The translations under genes and the position numbers were made by a program. This document shows positions 42,758 to 53,730 of a stretch of DNA of 64,000 nucleotides, piece by piece. Below the pieces are notes generated by a model. That model made no database searches, was not told where the DNA came from, and saw nothing but the letters and a program-made list of their open reading frames with translations. Origin of the DNA: a virus; the IMG/VR virus record IMGVR_UViG_3300021364_003460, positions 96,001 through 160,000 of that record. One strand, 5' to 3'. The stretch's first letter is position 1. Each line of letters begins with the position of its first letter.

Positions 42758-45280
42758 TTATTCAGTTAATAATTCATTGTTATCTTCTAATAATAAATTA
42801 GATAAATCTGTATTTACTGTTCCAGTATCCTCAGTAAAGATAACTAAGTCTGTTTCTTGTAAAGTAGTATCCCCAATCTCTCCTAAAATTGTAGAACTGT
42901 TTATAGTAGCGTCTAATAGTAAATAGAAGTTTTCATTAATGTTTTCTTCTAAACAGTTAGTAGATTCTACTATAAAGTTCTCTAAAGTAATGACTTCATT
43001 TAGAAAACCCTTGGTAGATATAGGTAAACTTTTCTTAGTTTCACTTTCAATAACTGTATTTATAGGTTGTAATGCAGTGACTTCTGCAATATTAGTAGAA
43101 GCATAGTTATTACCTATATAGTAGTTATTTCCTAATAATGTTTGGTTCTTAGTAGAATTTAACTTTAGTATCTGGTTATAAGGCTCTGAGTTAGAGTTAG
43201 CAACATTGAATCTATTAATTTTCTTAGACAACCCTACAAGAGTTATACTATCTTCTTTTCCTCCTAATACAGAGCTAATATAACTAAATAATTCAGAGTC
43301 TAATTCTTGAGGTAATCTAAAGAATCCTAAAGACTTAATATAGTTTAGTAATCTAAAACCTTTTAAAGAGTTTAAATAATTATTGGAGATTATGTCTTTA
43401 CTAAAAACACTAAATGTAGAAAGACTATTTCCTATACTCTTTAGTAACTTATACACATTGCCAGTAAACTGTAAAGCTTTCTTAGAAAACCATCCATAAT
43501 CAGTAGGTAAATCTAATAGCTTATTTAATACTAAACTTCTTTCAAATGACAAATTAGAAGTTAAATAGTAATCTCCTTTTTGAATAACTTCTAAGTTATA
43601 TAAGCTAGGATCACTTAAACAAGAACAAACATATACAAAAGTATTAGTAGACTCCACCTCATTTAAAGTATCTAAAAAAGTAGTTATATAGTTCTGTAGT
43701 TTAAGAGATAGGTAATATTGATTAAGTTGAGATAACTGCAATGAGTAAACTAAAAGCAGATTATTATTACTGATATCTAGTAAAGAAGTATAGGGGTTAG
43801 TTAAAGTAGTAAAGTTTAAAGAAGTAGGATTATTTTCTAAATAGTCTTGAGATAATTTATTTAAGTTGATTATATTAACTCCATCTAAAGATTCTTTAAC
43901 CACTCCATAATTAATTGTTAGATTACTTTCTATTTTAGTAATAAGACTTTCCACTACATCTGCTCTATTTACTAAATTACTAAATAGTAGACCATAAGAT
44001 ATATCTTCTATACTAGAAGTGTTAAACTCTTTCTTTTTAAAGTTATAGAATGTTGACCAAATAGCTTCTTCTAAATTGGTGGTTGTTTCTAAATAACTAG
44101 AGTTAACTGTGTAATCATAATGCTTAAGTAGAGCAATATAAACTACTACAGCAGTTGATAAGTTATATTCTATTATTTCCTCTGACTCAGTTAATACATC
44201 TGTATGAGTCCATCCTTTAGTGGGTAAATTATTAGTAGTATTAATTTGATTTATTAAATAGAAAGCTAGTAAATCTAAAAAATACACGTACTGAGAATTA
44301 TCTAAATAAAGGCTATAAGTATAAATTAACAGATAAAACCAAGCTATAGCTCTAGTAGACACTTCTCTAGATGAAGTTATGTATACAGGTTTGTTAACTA
44401 AACACTCATCTTCAACACATTCTTGTTCTACACATCTAGCTATATTATCTAAATAAAATTTATCCTCATAAAGTAAATCTGGAGTTAGATAAGTAGTAAG
44501 AGTCTTAGGAATACTGTTTAGCCTTCTAGAAGTTGACTTAAAATCTACTAAATCAGCAATAGCACTTATATTATCTTCTATTATTTTCTTAATGTAAAAG
44601 TCTAATTCACCCTTAGTAAAATACTTTACAGTATTAGCTTCTATAGACTTGTAAGTAGAAAATATTAAGTTAATTAACCCTTGGGATAGTAACTCTAAAT
44701 CAGATTGCTGATCTTCAGCATTATACTCTAGTAAATATCCAACTTTAGCTCTAGTTATTCTTCTATTATTTCTGTACTCTCCAAATGAATGTAAAACAGA
44801 GATAGCTTGGTTATAAGATACTTTTCTTAATACAGCTAACTTTATACCCTCAGGTAAAGAAATTCTAGATTTAAAGTAACCACTATTGTTAATAGGTACT
44901 GATTTATCTTTAATTAAAAAATCTCCTGTAGTAGAAGATATAATACCTAAGTCTAGTACCCAAACATTACCTTCTGAGTCTAAAGACCCCGCTATCCAAT
45001 ATTCAATAACTCCATCATTGTTTCTACTAATATCAGAAGTGATAGCAGTAGTCCATATACCTCCTCCAACTACACAACCTTCCTCTACACAAAAAGGGTC
45101 TAATACAGCTTCACTTGATAAATTAAGATTACTAATAATACCTTCTAAATAAGACCTATCTGTAAACTGACTTCCTTTAGTAAACTTAAGAGTAATCTTA
45201 TTACTATCAAATAGAGTAGACTCTCCTCCAGGTTGGTGTAAGTTAACTAATCTTTCATAGCATATATCTTGGGTAGACAA
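42758..45280 (-). CDS. large baseplate-associated protein (840 aa) with helical-repeat core
   Basis: TTG start 1 nt after the baseplate J stop; central helical repeats; C-terminal wedge-like FFRLPQELDSEL; ends LLLEDNNELLTE. Confidence 0.6.
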   Translation of the reverse strand: MSTQDICYERLVNLHQPGGESTLFDSNKITLKFTKGSQFTDRSYLEGIISNLNLSSEAVLDPFCVEEGCVVGGGIWTTAITSDISRNNDGVIEYWIAGSLDSEGNVWVLDLGIISSTTGDFLIKDKSVPINNSGYFKSRISLPEGIKLAVLRKVSYNQAISVLHSFGEYRNNRRITRAKVGYLLEYNAEDQQSDLELLSQGLINLIFSTYKSIEANTVKYFTKGELDFYIKKIIEDNISAIADLVDFKSTSRRLNSIPKTLTTYLTPDLLYEDKFYLDNIARCVEQECVEDECLVNKPVYITSSREVSTRAIAWFYLLIYTYSLYLDNSQYVYFLDLLAFYLINQINTTNNLPTKGWTHTDVLTESEEIIEYNLSTAVVVYIALLKHYDYTVNSSYLETTTNLEEAIWSTFYNFKKKEFNTSSIEDISYGLLFSNLVNRADVVESLITKIESNLTINYGVVKESLDGVNIINLNKLSQDYLENNPTSLNFTTLTNPYTSLLDISNNNLLLVYSLQLSQLNQYYLSLKLQNYITTFLDTLNEVESTNTFVYVCSCLSDPSLYNLEVIQKGDYYLTSNLSFERSLVLNKLLDLPTDYGWFSKKALQFTGNVYKLLKSIGNSLSTFSVFSKDIISNNYLNSLKGFRLLNYIKSLGFFRLPQELDSELFSYISSVLGGKEDSITLVGLSKKINRFNVANSNSEPYNQILKLNSTKNQTLLGNNYYIGNNYASTNIAEVTALQPINTVIESETKKSLPISTKGFLNEVITLENFIVESTNCLEENINENFYLLLDATINSSTILGEIGDTTLQETDLVIFTEDTGTVNTDLSNLLLEDNNELLTE

Positions 45281-45281
45281 G

Positions 45282-46343
45282 TTAACCTCCTGTGTTTAAA
45301 GTTAAGTCTATATTTCTAATCTTTAGCAAAGTGTCTTTAGGTGTGGTTACTTTAGAAGCAGAAGGATCAACTATTCTTATATCTCTAATACCTTGAATGT
45401 TAGAACAAAGTACAGTTAGGTTTACTGGATATAATTCCTGTCCTAATTCTAAACCTTCAAAGTAATCAAAACATATCTGTCTAATATTATCTGAAACACT
45501 TTCTGCAAACTCTACTGAAGTTAAAGTTACTACAAATCTTAAGTCAATAAATGTGGTTTGAATTGACTTAATTTCAAAAGCAGTACCTATAGGTTTTATT
45601 AGCATTAGACTTTCTTCTATTAAATCTATTAAAAATTGATCTAATGTGTTTACATAAACAGTAAAGTACCCTGTGACAGGATAACTTTCTTTAATAAAAA
45701 ACTTAGTAATGTTAAGTTCATTTAACTTATTAATTACAGCATCTATAGTACCTTTAGATTGATTATTAATTTGAGATATAATTCTGCTCCTGAAAGAAGT
45801 ATCTGATTCAGGACTTCTACCTCCCTCTAATCCTCCTATGTAATTTCCAGTTAAGTCTACAGAGTTAGCAACTACAAACTTTACATTAGGGTAAAAAGGA
45901 GAAGTTAATACTGTACCTGCGTTAAGGTTAGCTAACTCTGTAGCTAATAAAGACGTAATAGGTATGTAAGCTCCAATAGCTGTAGATATTGCAGATTGAG
46001 TAGTTTGAAACTGATAATTAATATTAGGAGAGTTGAGTATAGTATTAACTGGAATTGTAGTATCTACAGTAGATGTAGTAAATACATAACCAGAAGCAAA
46101 GCTACCTTGATTTCTAGTAATATTAAAATCTCTAGCTCTAGCATCTAAGTTATCTCCAGTAGCACTAGCTAAAAAACTGTTTAAGTAATAGTTATCTAAG
46201 TCAGAATATTGCTGACTTATAACTGCTCCTATACTTCTAAATATCATAAAGATATTACTATAATTAGTAAAAGAAGATAAGGGAGAGCCTAAATTAGCAA
46301 GGTTAGCTTTAAAAGAATTAATTATTTCTGTAATAGATTTCAT
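45282..46343 (-). CDS. baseplate J-like protein
   Basis: FLASATGDNLDARARDFNITR...ASGYV; IPVNT; GGRSPESDTSFRSRI; KGTIDAV. Confidence 0.9.
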   Translation of the reverse strand: MKSITEIINSFKANLANLGSPLSSFTNYSNIFMIFRSIGAVISQQYSDLDNYYLNSFLASATGDNLDARARDFNITRNQGSFASGYVFTTSTVDTTIPVNTILNSPNINYQFQTTQSAISTAIGAYIPITSLLATELANLNAGTVLTSPFYPNVKFVVANSVDLTGNYIGGLEGGRSPESDTSFRSRIISQINNQSKGTIDAVINKLNELNITKFFIKESYPVTGYFTVYVNTLDQFLIDLIEESLMLIKPIGTAFEIKSIQTTFIDLRFVVTLTSVEFAESVSDNIRQICFDYFEGLELGQELYPVNLTVLCSNIQGIRDIRIVDPSASKVTTPKDTLLKIRNIDLTLNTGG

Positions 46344-46349
46344 TTCTTA

Positions 46350-46772
46350 TCATAAAGGTAAAGATAATAAAGAGTTTGTAGTTTGCTGATTATAAGTATA
46401 ACTAACCTCTATATCTAAAGAATCTAAAGTGTAGTTAATTATGTTAACTGAGTTAAAAGTTAACCCAGGTACGTCTCTAATTGAGTTTAAACATCTATTA
46501 ATATCAGCTTGGGCTTCTACTATAAAAGATAAAGTTAAAGGTTCTGATAATTTACTATATAAAGGGTTGCCATAATTTTTATCTAACCATTTAATATTGT
46601 TTTCTAATATAGCTTTCTTTATATATCCTAAAGGGGTTTCTAAAGTTCTTCTAACTAATTTAGCTATAAACTGGTCTGTAGTTTCAATAGATAAATCATA
46701 GTAGTAAACATCTTGATTATCATACTCTATCTTATCTATTGAGATATCTCCATAATCTAACAACAAATCCAT
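46350..46772 (-). CDS. baseplate wedge/sheath initiator, gp25/W-like
   Basis: MDLLL..GD; RRTLETPLG...YG; size and position directly upstream of baseplate J. Confidence 0.65.
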   Translation of the reverse strand: MDLLLDYGDISIDKIEYDNQDVYYYDLSIETTDQFIAKLVRRTLETPLGYIKKAILENNIKWLDKNYGNPLYSKLSEPLTLSFIVEAQADINRCLNSIRDVPGLTFNSVNIINYTLDSLDIEVSYTYNQQTTNSLLSLPL

Positions 46773-47147
46773 TTACATTAATGTGATAGGTGGGTACATT
46801 GAATATGGTATTCCAATAGCTAGGTAAGGTGTAGGTTGAATTAAACCTACTGTAAGCTGTCCTACTTTAGGTTGCTGATCAGATAACATAGTCCCTCTAA
46901 TAGTATAGAAACCTGCATTAAGAGTATTATCAGTTTGATAGAGAAATAAAGTACCAGCAGGATTGCCTTGTATAACTTGCTCCCATATCTTTAATTCAGA
47001 CTTACTACAATTAACCCAATCAAACAGAGGATTATTTTCAGAGTAATATATTTCTAATTTAATAAGATATCTAGAGTTAGTTTCTATAGCAGGGAAAAAC
47101 ACAGTTATACCTTTAGAAAGAAAAGGTAGTATATCAATTGGTTGCAT
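46773..47147 (-). CDS. hypothetical structural protein (124 aa)
   Basis: Coupled ORF in the baseplate operon. Confidence 0.65.
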   Translation of the reverse strand: MQPIDILPFLSKGITVFFPAIETNSRYLIKLEIYYSENNPLFDWVNCSKSELKIWEQVIQGNPAGTLFLYQTDNTLNAGFYTIRGTMLSDQQPKVGQLTVGLIQPTPYLAIGIPYSMYPPITLM

Positions 47148-47148
47148 A

Positions 47149-50100
47149 TTAAGCTAGTAAATAAGAGTCAACAATATCAAGGTTAAGAGAGTTACCTATA
47201 GCTTCAGTATTAAATTTATAAAGAATACCTTCTTCATTTTCTAATACTATAGAAGAGTAAGATTTATCATAGTAAGCTACACCAACATTAGAGACAACAT
47301 TGTACTGCTCAATAACAAAAGTATAAACAGAGGGTGTATATTGAAAGTCAGTTTGGTAAGGTACTAAATACTCTCTATTAGATAGAGAATAAAAACCAGC
47401 CACTCTAAGCTGAACTAAATCATTTCTCTTAGGTAGTAAGTAAATATCAGATTTAAGAATATCAAAATTAGTTAATTTGAATACTATGCTCTGAGGTCTT
47501 AATTCTATTACTTCTATTTCTGATTGGAATAAATTAAGTTTAGGTAATTTAAAACAGGTATCTAATACTAAGTTAGAATTAAGTATTCTTTTGTACTCAA
47601 CTAAGTCTATCTCTTCATCTAACTCTTCATTAAGTTGGTTATTAATTTCTTTTAAAGTAAAATCATCTAAGCTGTCTAAAGTATTTTTTAGTTCAGTCAA
47701 TCTACCAGCATCTTCTAAAAAAGCAGCAGTATTCTTACCACTACTTAATCCATTAACAGAATCTAATAAACCTTTAGCTTTATTAAAGAGGTCTAAGCAA
47801 TTAAGAGCTATGCCTACTTGATCTATAGCAGGTATATTATATTCATTCATTAAATTTAATAAGTCTGGTAATAATTTAACAGATTCTACCAAACCTATTC
47901 CATCTTTAACTAAATTAAATACTTTGCTAATTGTGCCTGCTGTTTCTGCTCCTAATACTTGATCTAGTAATCCATTTAAATTATTACCTGTAAGAACAGA
48001 TAATATATCTCCATTACTTATATCTTTTAGTAATCCTTCAATCCCTTTATAAATAGAAGTAGCTTGAGATATAAATTCATTACCTCCTAGTACACCCGCA
48101 ATGTCATTTATGTAATCTGTAGGATTAATAGCCTGACCTAACTTTACTTTATTAAAGATATCTAATAAAGCTGGACTGAGAGAACCAAAATCACCTAATA
48201 CTGTAGATAATTTATCTGTAAGAACCCCTTCAACTTTATTTAGTAATAAGTCTCCTACTCCAGACAAATCTCCAGATAACAAAGACTGACCTATACTTAA
48301 TAAATCAGGATTATTAAGTAGCTGACCAAAAGGAGTACCCTGTAATGCTGATCCTAAAAAAGGTTTAGCTAAATTAAATATCTCTCCTAAATTACCTCCC
48401 TGTACTACATTAATAACGTTAGTTATATTATTAAACGCTCCAACGCCACTACTAATAAACCCAGATATATTACCTATTGCTCCTAGAAAACCTATGGCAG
48501 GTAATACTGTTAAGTCTTTAACTAACTTAACTATTTGTTCTTTTAATGAAGGGTATTCTTGAATTAAAGTTAGTATTTGCTGGACTATGTTTTTATCCGC
48601 ACTAACAAAGTCTTCAATAGTTAGTGCAAAGTTTTCTAACTTTTCTATAGATACTTTAAATAAATCTATGTAGAATTGTGCGTATTTTAAAGTATCTATA
48701 GTAAAACTAGGAACTATATCTTTTACATAATTAGTAATTACTTCTGAGGTTACTAGGTCTTCTGGACTACCTAAACTAACAGCTATTTCTTGAAGTAAAT
48801 CATCTTCTTGTAAAAAGTTAATAAAGTTATTAAACGTATACAGAGTTTCATCAGTAGATAAGTTAACTATGTTATCTTTAGACTCAGAAGTATACCTAGT
48901 TGGTAATACTCCTGCTGCTGTCTGCCAGGGTATAAACAATGCAGAATTACTATCAGAAGTAATTGAGCTTACAGAAGGAGGAGGCAACTTACCACTGAAT
49001 ATATTTTCTCCATTAGGATCATAATTAGGAAAGGTTTCTGAGTCTTTTGGTAACTCTACTTTGTTATTAGCAGAAGGTACTGCTGGAGGCTTAACCTCAG
49101 CTTGGTTACTATCAAAAGATTGAAGATTACTAAAAGTATCTGGATTGAATACAGCATCTTCTGTAGTACCTCCAGTTAGTATAGGTTCTTGCTCAGGATT
49201 AAAATCTTCAAAAGTATTCTTATTTTTAACTCCACTAGGTAAACAATTCTCTAACTGTTGTTGAGGTAAACTAGGTAATACAGGTAGTGAAGGTATATCT
49301 ATTATTTCAGCTTGACCTAAATCTATAATAGGAAAAGATAGTTTACCTAAAAAGGATCTACCTCCTATAGTATAAGTACCTCCTTGAGGGTTGCCAAAAT
49401 AAGTAAATAACTTAGAAGTCATAGCTGCTCCTTTATCTCCTACAGTTAGATTTAGGTCAGCAGACAAGCTAAATTGACTTCCTGTGGTAGAAGATAAAAT
49501 ACCCTGATTACTCATAACTAGCATATCAGAATAATCACTTGAAGAATTGATAATAGATATAGTTGTAGGGGGGCTTAAGTTTTCTATAATCTCTTCACCT
49601 GATGCAGCTATATCTGAGAGTATATTTGGTTTGGTAGATAAGATAGCTATATTACCATTACTTTGCATTCCCATGTCACCATAAGAAGCTATCTGTGCAG
49701 TGTCACCAGAAACAGCCAGCAGGGTATTATCAGCTATTACTTTGTTAACTTTACCTAAACTACTATTTTCTTCTACTCCTACAGTTCTATTTACTTTAGC
49801 TATGTTGTCATTAGTTGCAGTAGCTACATTAAGAGAAGTTTGGGACTGACTAATCTTAGTACCCTCTACAAACTTAACATCTTGTTTAAACTGGTTAAAG
49901 TTAAAATCTGTAACTAAATTAATAGAATTATTACTCTGAATAGAAGTATCTTGAGCAGACAAACTAAAGAAAGGTGATCTATTAACAGTAGCAGTATCAC
50001 TAACTATATGGACTGAGTTACCACTGTTGATAAGAGCATTGAAAGCTCCATTAATAATATGACCATTAGCTAACTCTAAAGTCTTAGCATGAGTTTGAGC

Positions 50101-50502
50101 AATAGTAGTACATTTCTTATTAGTCTTATCAATACAATCTTTAATTTGATTACTATTAATAGCTGAAGGATTCTGAGATAACTCAGCAGCTACTTCTAAC
50201 TTTTCTTTAATAGGATTAACTATAGCCTGACCTAATACATTAACAGCAGCAATAGCAGCATTAATAATAGACTCAGGACTAACTACTCTAATAGGTTCAG
50301 CTAGTATCTGATTACTAATATACTTGTTACCTATATTCTGTTTATCTTTAATCTCTTCAGTAGTAGCTTTAGTAGCTGCATTAGATTGTTGGGTAGCTAC
50401 ATCTTTGTTAACCTCAGCAGTTTGTTTTAAAGTATTAGAATCAGCAACCTTAGATTTCTCTACAACTGGTTGAGGTTTCTGTATATCTGATGGTTTTGTC
50501 AT
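47149..50502 (-). CDS. large baseplate/spike-associated protein (1117 aa): beta-strand-repeat N-half, Gly/Leu amphipathic helical C-half
   Basis: S/N/T-rich short-strand region (about aa 140-380), Pro-rich linker, then repeats such as LLSGDLSGVGDLLLNKVEG. Confidence 0.6.
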   Translation of the reverse strand: MTKPSDIQKPQPVVEKSKVADSNTLKQTAEVNKDVATQQSNAATKATTEEIKDKQNIGNKYISNQILAEPIRVVSPESIINAAIAAVNVLGQAIVNPIKEKLEVAAELSQNPSAINSNQIKDCIDKTNKKCTTIAQTHAKTLELANGHIINGAFNALINSGNSVHIVSDTATVNRSPFFSLSAQDTSIQSNNSINLVTDFNFNQFKQDVKFVEGTKISQSQTSLNVATATNDNIAKVNRTVGVEENSSLGKVNKVIADNTLLAVSGDTAQIASYGDMGMQSNGNIAILSTKPNILSDIAASGEEIIENLSPPTTISIINSSSDYSDMLVMSNQGILSSTTGSQFSLSADLNLTVGDKGAAMTSKLFTYFGNPQGGTYTIGGRSFLGKLSFPIIDLGQAEIIDIPSLPVLPSLPQQQLENCLPSGVKNKNTFEDFNPEQEPILTGGTTEDAVFNPDTFSNLQSFDSNQAEVKPPAVPSANNKVELPKDSETFPNYDPNGENIFSGKLPPPSVSSITSDSNSALFIPWQTAAGVLPTRYTSESKDNIVNLSTDETLYTFNNFINFLQEDDLLQEIAVSLGSPEDLVTSEVITNYVKDIVPSFTIDTLKYAQFYIDLFKVSIEKLENFALTIEDFVSADKNIVQQILTLIQEYPSLKEQIVKLVKDLTVLPAIGFLGAIGNISGFISSGVGAFNNITNVINVVQGGNLGEIFNLAKPFLGSALQGTPFGQLLNNPDLLSIGQSLLSGDLSGVGDLLLNKVEGVLTDKLSTVLGDFGSLSPALLDIFNKVKLGQAINPTDYINDIAGVLGGNEFISQATSIYKGIEGLLKDISNGDILSVLTGNNLNGLLDQVLGAETAGTISKVFNLVKDGIGLVESVKLLPDLLNLMNEYNIPAIDQVGIALNCLDLFNKAKGLLDSVNGLSSGKNTAAFLEDAGRLTELKNTLDSLDDFTLKEINNQLNEELDEEIDLVEYKRILNSNLVLDTCFKLPKLNLFQSEIEVIELRPQSIVFKLTNFDILKSDIYLLPKRNDLVQLRVAGFYSLSNREYLVPYQTDFQYTPSVYTFVIEQYNVVSNVGVAYYDKSYSSIVLENEEGILYKFNTEAIGNSLNLDIVDSYLLA

Positions 50503-51776
50503 GTAAGTAAATCAAACTCCACTAATTTATTATCTTCATCTAGCTGACTAAGTATTCTCAAGTTACTACCTATAAGTTGTAAGTGATTAAGATTAGTTTT
50601 CTTTAAACAGTAACCAGCATAAAATATTAATTTGTAAACTCTATCCATTAAATTAATTAACTCTTCATTATTGTCTAAGGGGTAAAGGTTACTATCAGCA
50701 AATTGAGAATAAGTAAGTATATATGCTCTGTTAACTAACTCAGCAGCTATAGCAACTAACCATTGATTTAAACCTCCTACTAAGTTAATAGAGAGTAATC
50801 TATAGCTTTCTGCTGTTATAAACTCAGAAGTATTGTTAACTCTAATCTTAGTAAATAGTTTATTTAGTAAATTCTCTTCTTGTGTAATATTAGTAGTAAT
50901 CTCAAATTGCTTTTGTTTTCTCAAATTAACTATAGCTTGAATACTATCTAAAACTAATAAATCTATTTCTTGGTGTAAAAACTTATAAGGTAGGTTATTA
51001 AAAGATTCTAAGAATAAACCCAATCTAACTACAGATTGAGACATCTCCACTAGTAAACTAAAAGATTTGTAAGCTGAAGTATTCTCTTTGTAAGGGTTAA
51101 TTATATTAACTTGACTGACTCCTGAATACCATACTAATAGTTCCTGAATCCATTCCTCATAAAAAGTTAACTGATTGATAGCTTTAACTAAGTCTAATTC
51201 TCTAATTAGAGAACTACTCATCTGATATAAATTATAGTCATCTGCTAACTTATTTGATCTAATAAAAGATAATACTTTAGTTGAGAAATCAGGTAACTCT
51301 AATTTTTTAACTAACTCCTCTATAGATAATCTAATAAGTTTACTAGGGTGAGCAAAGTGAAGGTTACTCTGAAACAAATATAGATAGTAGCCTAAACTAC
51401 CATAATTAGTTCCCCATACTTTGTAGTTAGTATAGTTAAGATTTTCTAAGTAAGTAGAATTTATAGGCTGAAAGTAGTTAGGGTCTGCTGTTTTCTTTTT
51501 ACTGTAAAAAGAACTAAGCTTACTATTGTCTAAGTTAGATATAGTTGTAGTAGTTAATAGAATATAAAGATAACTTTCTATTACTAAATTTAGAGTCTTA
51601 ACTGTATTAGGTCTTTGTTGAATATTACTATTTAAAGTAGTTAAATAATCACTAATATTGTTTAGAGCTTGTGTAGTATTAAAAGCTAAGTTTAATTGAT
51701 TTTTATACTCTATAGAATTAGAATCTTCTATAGGATTAATAGGTAGTTGATTTAAGTTCAGTTGTTTAAATTCCAT
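50499..51776 (-). CDS. hypothetical helical protein (425 aa)
   Basis: Coupled ORF; Leu/Asn-rich. Confidence 0.7.
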   Translation of the reverse strand: MEFKQLNLNQLPINPIEDSNSIEYKNQLNLAFNTTQALNNISDYLTTLNSNIQQRPNTVKTLNLVIESYLYILLTTTTISNLDNSKLSSFYSKKKTADPNYFQPINSTYLENLNYTNYKVWGTNYGSLGYYLYLFQSNLHFAHPSKLIRLSIEELVKKLELPDFSTKVLSFIRSNKLADDYNLYQMSSSLIRELDLVKAINQLTFYEEWIQELLVWYSGVSQVNIINPYKENTSAYKSFSLLVEMSQSVVRLGLFLESFNNLPYKFLHQEIDLLVLDSIQAIVNLRKQKQFEITTNITQEENLLNKLFTKIRVNNTSEFITAESYRLLSINLVGGLNQWLVAIAAELVNRAYILTYSQFADSNLYPLDNNEELINLMDRVYKLIFYAGYCLKKTNLNHLQLIGSNLRILSQLDEDNKLVEFDLLT

Positions 51777-52378
51777 ATCTCTATCTTATTAATTACTTGT
51801 TGAGTTAACTTAGTTGGGTAATTAAAGTATTCACAAAAAATAGCAGCCGCTTCAATTCTACTATTATTAACTGCTATATCAATATATTTATCTAAGTTAT
51901 CCATTTCAAAGTTAACTTCATTAAAAAACCTTTCTAATCTTTCTCTAGGTAACACTTCATCTTGAGTGGTAAACAAAGAGTTGCTACCTATTAACCCTAT
52001 AGAATTAACTTGAGTAATAGTATTCTTAAAAAAGATATCTTCAGTTAAATTATAACCAAACAAGTTGTTGTACCTATCTAAGTTTAGCTTAGGAAGCAAT
52101 AAAGAATGTGTAGTTGGAGATAAATCTCTGTTTAGTATGTTGTAAGTTAGCTGTAAAAGTCTAACTGGCTCTATTAAATTAGTAGGTTCAGTTAACTGAA
52201 AGTCGTCTACTATTATTGATTCTAGTGTAGAAAAGATTTGAGCTAACCCTACTTGAATATAATAAGGAAATAAAAATAATAAAGATGCCCCTGCTCTGTA
52301 ATCAAAATAGTTAGAAATAGATTGAGTTAATAAAAAGTTAAAGTAATCTTTGTGAGTTTGGTTGAGTGTGTTTATCAT
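51758..52378 (-). CDS. hypothetical protein (206 aa)
   Basis: Coupled ORF. Confidence 0.65.
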   Translation of the reverse strand: MINTLNQTHKDYFNFLLTQSISNYFDYRAGASLLFLFPYYIQVGLAQIFSTLESIIVDDFQLTEPTNLIEPVRLLQLTYNILNRDLSPTTHSLLLPKLNLDRYNNLFGYNLTEDIFFKNTITQVNSIGLIGSNSLFTTQDEVLPRERLERFFNEVNFEMDNLDKYIDIAVNNSRIEAAAIFCEYFNYPTKLTQQVINKIEIWNLNN

Positions 52379-52380
52379 AA

Positions 52381-53730
52381 TTAGAATTTAATATAGTTGG
52401 CTGGGTTTACTGCACCTTTACCATTTAAGCGTATCTCATAGTGGATATGCGCTCCTAAACTTGATCCCGAATTACCTATTCTACCTATCATTTGACCTTG
52501 TTTTACACTTTGACCTTGAGATACCAAGCTAGAACTTAAATGAGCATATAAAGTATGTGAACCTTGATGTCTTAAATAAATAATGTTTCCATATCCTCCA
52601 AAACCTGAAGTACCACATCCACTACCTTTGAAACCATTAACAGGACAACTGGTATGTACTCTTTCTACTATTCCATCAGCAGAAGCATAAATGGGAGTTC
52701 CTATAGAAGCAGCTAAATCTACTCCTCTGTGCATTCTTCCCCATCTTGGACCATAAGGTGAAATAAATCTGTAAGTACCTTTCTTCATAGGATTAATGAA
52801 TCCACCAGGCTTTAACTCACCTTTATAAGGTTCACTAATACCAGCAGCCTGATTGTTAACTGATTGATTAGGTTGATTATTAATAGCATTTACTCCAGGA
52901 GCAGCAGCCCCGCTACCTAACCCATTACCAAAGATAGGATTAGCAGTCTTCTGTAAACAACCTGGATAGATAATTCTATCTTGCTGAGTGTAAGGAGGTG
53001 GTGGACAATTCTGACCTGTAAGTAAAGCAGACTGTATACCTGAACTTAGAGTAGCTAATCCATTAGAAATAACTGAAGCAGCATCTTGAGCTAGAGAACC
53101 TACTTGGTTAGCTGCATTAATAGTAGTATTAGCTAAGTCTCCTAATACAGAGCTGCCTAACACTTGCTGAGTCTTAATGTCCATTCCTCTAGATGCAGAG
53201 TTAGCTGACCAATAGCCTCCTCCAGTTCTTCTTTTTAATCTAGGGTCATAATCAGTATACAAAAAAGAAGCTTGGGCAGTAGGCATCTTAGAATCTCTAT
53301 TTAATCTACCAGCAGCTATATCTAAGTATCTAGCAGGCAGAATGTTTAACAACATTAATTCACCCTGAGTTTGAGGCTTTCTTTTAGCTTGTTTTAGCCA
53401 ATAAGAAAGATGAGTTCTATCCCATATCTCTAGTTGTTTAGCAGGTCCAGCATTTTTAAACCCCTCAAAGCCCCCAACCTCAGCTATTCCTCCATTGGAA
53501 AGAATACTACTAACTGATCTACAAGCTTGTACAACCCCTACACAAGTACCACTATCTCTTCTAGCATTAAACCCTTCAGCTTCTACCATAACCATTTTAA
53601 CTATCCATTCTTCAGCTATTCCATGTTTAGCTGATATAGATTTAATAGTTTTCTTAACTTTTTCACCTTCAGCAGCATCTATATATTTTTTTCTAATACT
53701 GTCTTCAACTGCTCTATCTAATAAACTCAT
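52381..53730 (-). CDS. two-domain peptidoglycan hydrolase: lytic transglycosylase-like plus M23 endopeptidase
   Basis: N-terminal KHGIAEEWIVKMVMVEAEGFNA...GVVQ (SLT-like catalytic Glu); C-terminal HRGVDLA (HxxxD), GYGN, TLYAHLS, HIHYEIR (HxH). Confidence 0.85.
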   Translation of the reverse strand: MSLLDRAVEDSIRKKYIDAAEGEKVKKTIKSISAKHGIAEEWIVKMVMVEAEGFNARRDSGTCVGVVQACRSVSSILSNGGIAEVGGFEGFKNAGPAKQLEIWDRTHLSYWLKQAKRKPQTQGELMLLNILPARYLDIAAGRLNRDSKMPTAQASFLYTDYDPRLKRRTGGGYWSANSASRGMDIKTQQVLGSSVLGDLANTTINAANQVGSLAQDAASVISNGLATLSSGIQSALLTGQNCPPPPYTQQDRIIYPGCLQKTANPIFGNGLGSGAAAPGVNAINNQPNQSVNNQAAGISEPYKGELKPGGFINPMKKGTYRFISPYGPRWGRMHRGVDLAASIGTPIYASADGIVERVHTSCPVNGFKGSGCGTSGFGGYGNIIYLRHQGSHTLYAHLSSSLVSQGQSVKQGQMIGRIGNSGSSLGAHIHYEIRLNGKGAVNPANYIKF

